Assembly (NCBI GenBank): GCA_951406725.2
Contig: OX597834.1
Coordinates: 44,144,001-44,208,000 of the forward strand
From: Octopus vulgaris
Lineage: Eukaryota
Length of the DNA stretch: 64,000 nucleotides
Reading direction: 5' to 3'
This document shows, piece by piece, positions 60,299 to 64,000 of this stretch (position 1 is its first letter; each line of letters opens with the position of its first letter). The position numbers and the translations under genes were made by a program. The notes under the pieces are model-generated. The model did no database searches. It worked only from the letters and a program-made list of their open reading frames with translations, and was not told where the DNA came from.

Positions 60299-60763
60299 CA
60301 TGTAAGAGGAAAGACCATGAGGTAGACTACTCCTAATATGCTAAATGTAGAGCCCATATGGCAATGTTTGTCACTGGAACTTTCTATGGCGGCCAAGAAA
60401 ATGGCAAAAGTGTTGTGCAAGGTCTCACTATCAATTCATTTCATGAGCAGTTTTCTATTTTATGAAGTCCTAAGGCGATGGGAGCGTAGCGTGAAAAAGT
60501 CATATCCGCGCACCTGCAAGGATTAAAGAAAATCGGAACAATCTGGCTGAAGGTGAGACGGCTGTTACTTGACAAGACGTAAGCAATCATCCTCATCCTC
60601 ATCATCTTCACCACCACCACCACCACCACCACCACCGCCGCCACCACCACCATCACCATCACCACCACCACCACCACCACCACCACCACCATGTGTGTAT
60701 GTATATGATCATGTATGAGTATTATATACGTGTATGTGTGTGTGTTCATGTCTTTGAATGCGC

Positions 60764-60841
<78 letters not shown>

Positions 60842-61149
60842 ATGTGTATGAGATGTTGAGTGAATGCGAGTTTGTATAGAAACAGACTGGTGACTAGTTA
60901 TCTTCCACTCACTCTGTGTGTATGTGCGTGAGTCTCAGGACAGAGTGTAGTTGTCCCTGTATGTGAGTGTATGTGAGTGTAAATGTGTGTGTGTGTGTGC
61001 TTGTGTGCATGTGCAAATATGTGCAAGCAGAGTTAATCGTGTGTGCAGTTGTGTGTAATGGTTTATGTTTCATAAGATATCCAGAATCGTTATTTATAAA
61101 CTAACCAAATAGATTTCAATTGATCTCTTCTGGCCAAATACAGTGGAAT

Positions 61150-62270
<1,121 letters not shown>

Positions 62271-62498
62271 CATGACTGCCTGTGCAACTGCTAATGATGT
62301 ATACTCCAGTGCTGATATATCACTATATATACATAAGATGGTGCGTATATTCTACTTACATATACAACATAAAAGTACCGATATGTATATACACATACAC
62401 GCATACTTCTCTCTCTCTCTCTTTATATATATCTAATACTGTGTAATTAATGTGTGTGTGTATGTGTGTGTGTGTATGTGTGTGTATGTGTGTGTGTG

Positions 62499-62558
<60 letters not shown>

Positions 62559-62922
62559 GCAATGCAATAGATATATCCTCAACTTATTTCAAATCCGACA
62601 AATATGAATAATAGTTGTCAAAACTTGATCGATTAGTTAAAACCGATCAATCAAAGCTAAATTGTATGTTATTGATCTCCATAGCTGTTGTAGACTCTTT
62701 AGGGCGCCGAGATGGAACTGAATGGGAAAATACTATGAAATGAAATAAAATAATGATAAGAAATACACCCCCACCCCCCACACACCCTACGACGCACAGA
62801 CCCACACACACGTACTTATACATACATACATACTTACAGACACACACACACACAGACACACAGGCAACATATATATATATATATATATACAAATATATTC
62901 ATATATCTGTCCATACATATAA

Positions 62923-62987
<65 letters not shown>

Positions 62988-63047
62988 AATATATATATAT
63001 ATGTATATTTATATACATATGGCCGCAGCTCTGAGCTGAAACTAGAA

Positions 63048-63079
<32 letters not shown>

Positions 63080-63687
63080 AAACATATGAAATAATATACA
63101 TAAATATGTGTATATATATCTATATATCTATATCTATCTATATATTTACACACATACACACGCACATAAATATATATATAATATATATGCATACATATAT
63201 ACATAAGCATTTATGTAAATAAATGCATATATATATATATGTGTATGCGTGTATATATATATATAGATGTGTGTGTATATACGTATATATACATACACAC
63301 ACACATATCCTGTATACATATATTCTCTCTGCGTTAGTGAATTTTTGTTTCGGTCTACTGAAATATATTAGAAAAATTGATTCTCTGGTTTGTTTCACGC
63401 AAAGATACACACACATAAACACACACACAAACACACACACACTCATACACACACACTGACGCACACACTCATAGACACACACACACAATTACACAGACAC
63501 ATACATCGGGATACACCTGCACACACACACACACACACATGCAAATATGCGTACTGGGACCCACCTGCCCACGCACGAATGCACACATTCACACATACAA
63601 CCCATCTCTCTCTCTTTCTCTGCGTATTTATATACATACATACGTCCGTACATACATAAATAAATATACACACACATATATATAAAT

Positions 63688-63847
<160 letters not shown>

Positions 63848-64000
63848 TTTATGGCTGCCATTCTATGAAGTCACGGAAATTTGGTGCTCCGTAAGGTGAA
63901 AAATTGTTTGTAATCTTTTGGGCCTTCTCAGGCCCCGTCTTTTCATTTTTTGTTGTAACCATTATATTTCTGAGATCGTCTAGATTGTACAGACAATATT

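Noticed and set aside
63021-63047. agctc-t-gagct-gaaactag hairpin within (TA)n
   Set aside because: Could be a truncated hammerhead 3' half, but there is no core and it is too short to support.

Overview
Repeat-dense eukaryotic DNA, intergenic or deep-intronic. The SINE consensus sequences and microsatellite load suggest an octopod cephalopod (inferred from recalled repeat sequences, not searched). I found no intact gene or credible exon; the supplied ORF track is almost entirely translated microsatellite. The window holds: (i) 12 clear copies of a tRNA-derived SINE with an internal microsatellite slot, and about 6 copies of a second SINE; (ii) decayed retrotransposon coding relics translated by hand, mostly absent from the ORF track: Penelope-like RT (28.3-29.6 kb, -) and GIY-YIG endonuclease (55.0-55.6 kb, +), R4/Dong-type fragments (8.45 kb, and 20.7-21.8 kb beside (TAA)n), a second RLE lineage sitting in (CATA)n (41.5-42.0 kb), and an RTE-like Cys-rich fragment (42.4 kb); (iii) a perfect 166-bp-arm foldback (15931-16351) whose loop carries a minimal type I hammerhead motif with a U3-A8 compensatory core, a second imperfect foldback (59917-60221), and five short elements carrying hammerhead-like motifs. 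The Penelope/hammerhead/foldback set and the candidate (CATA)n-targeting RLE elements are the most interesting signals.
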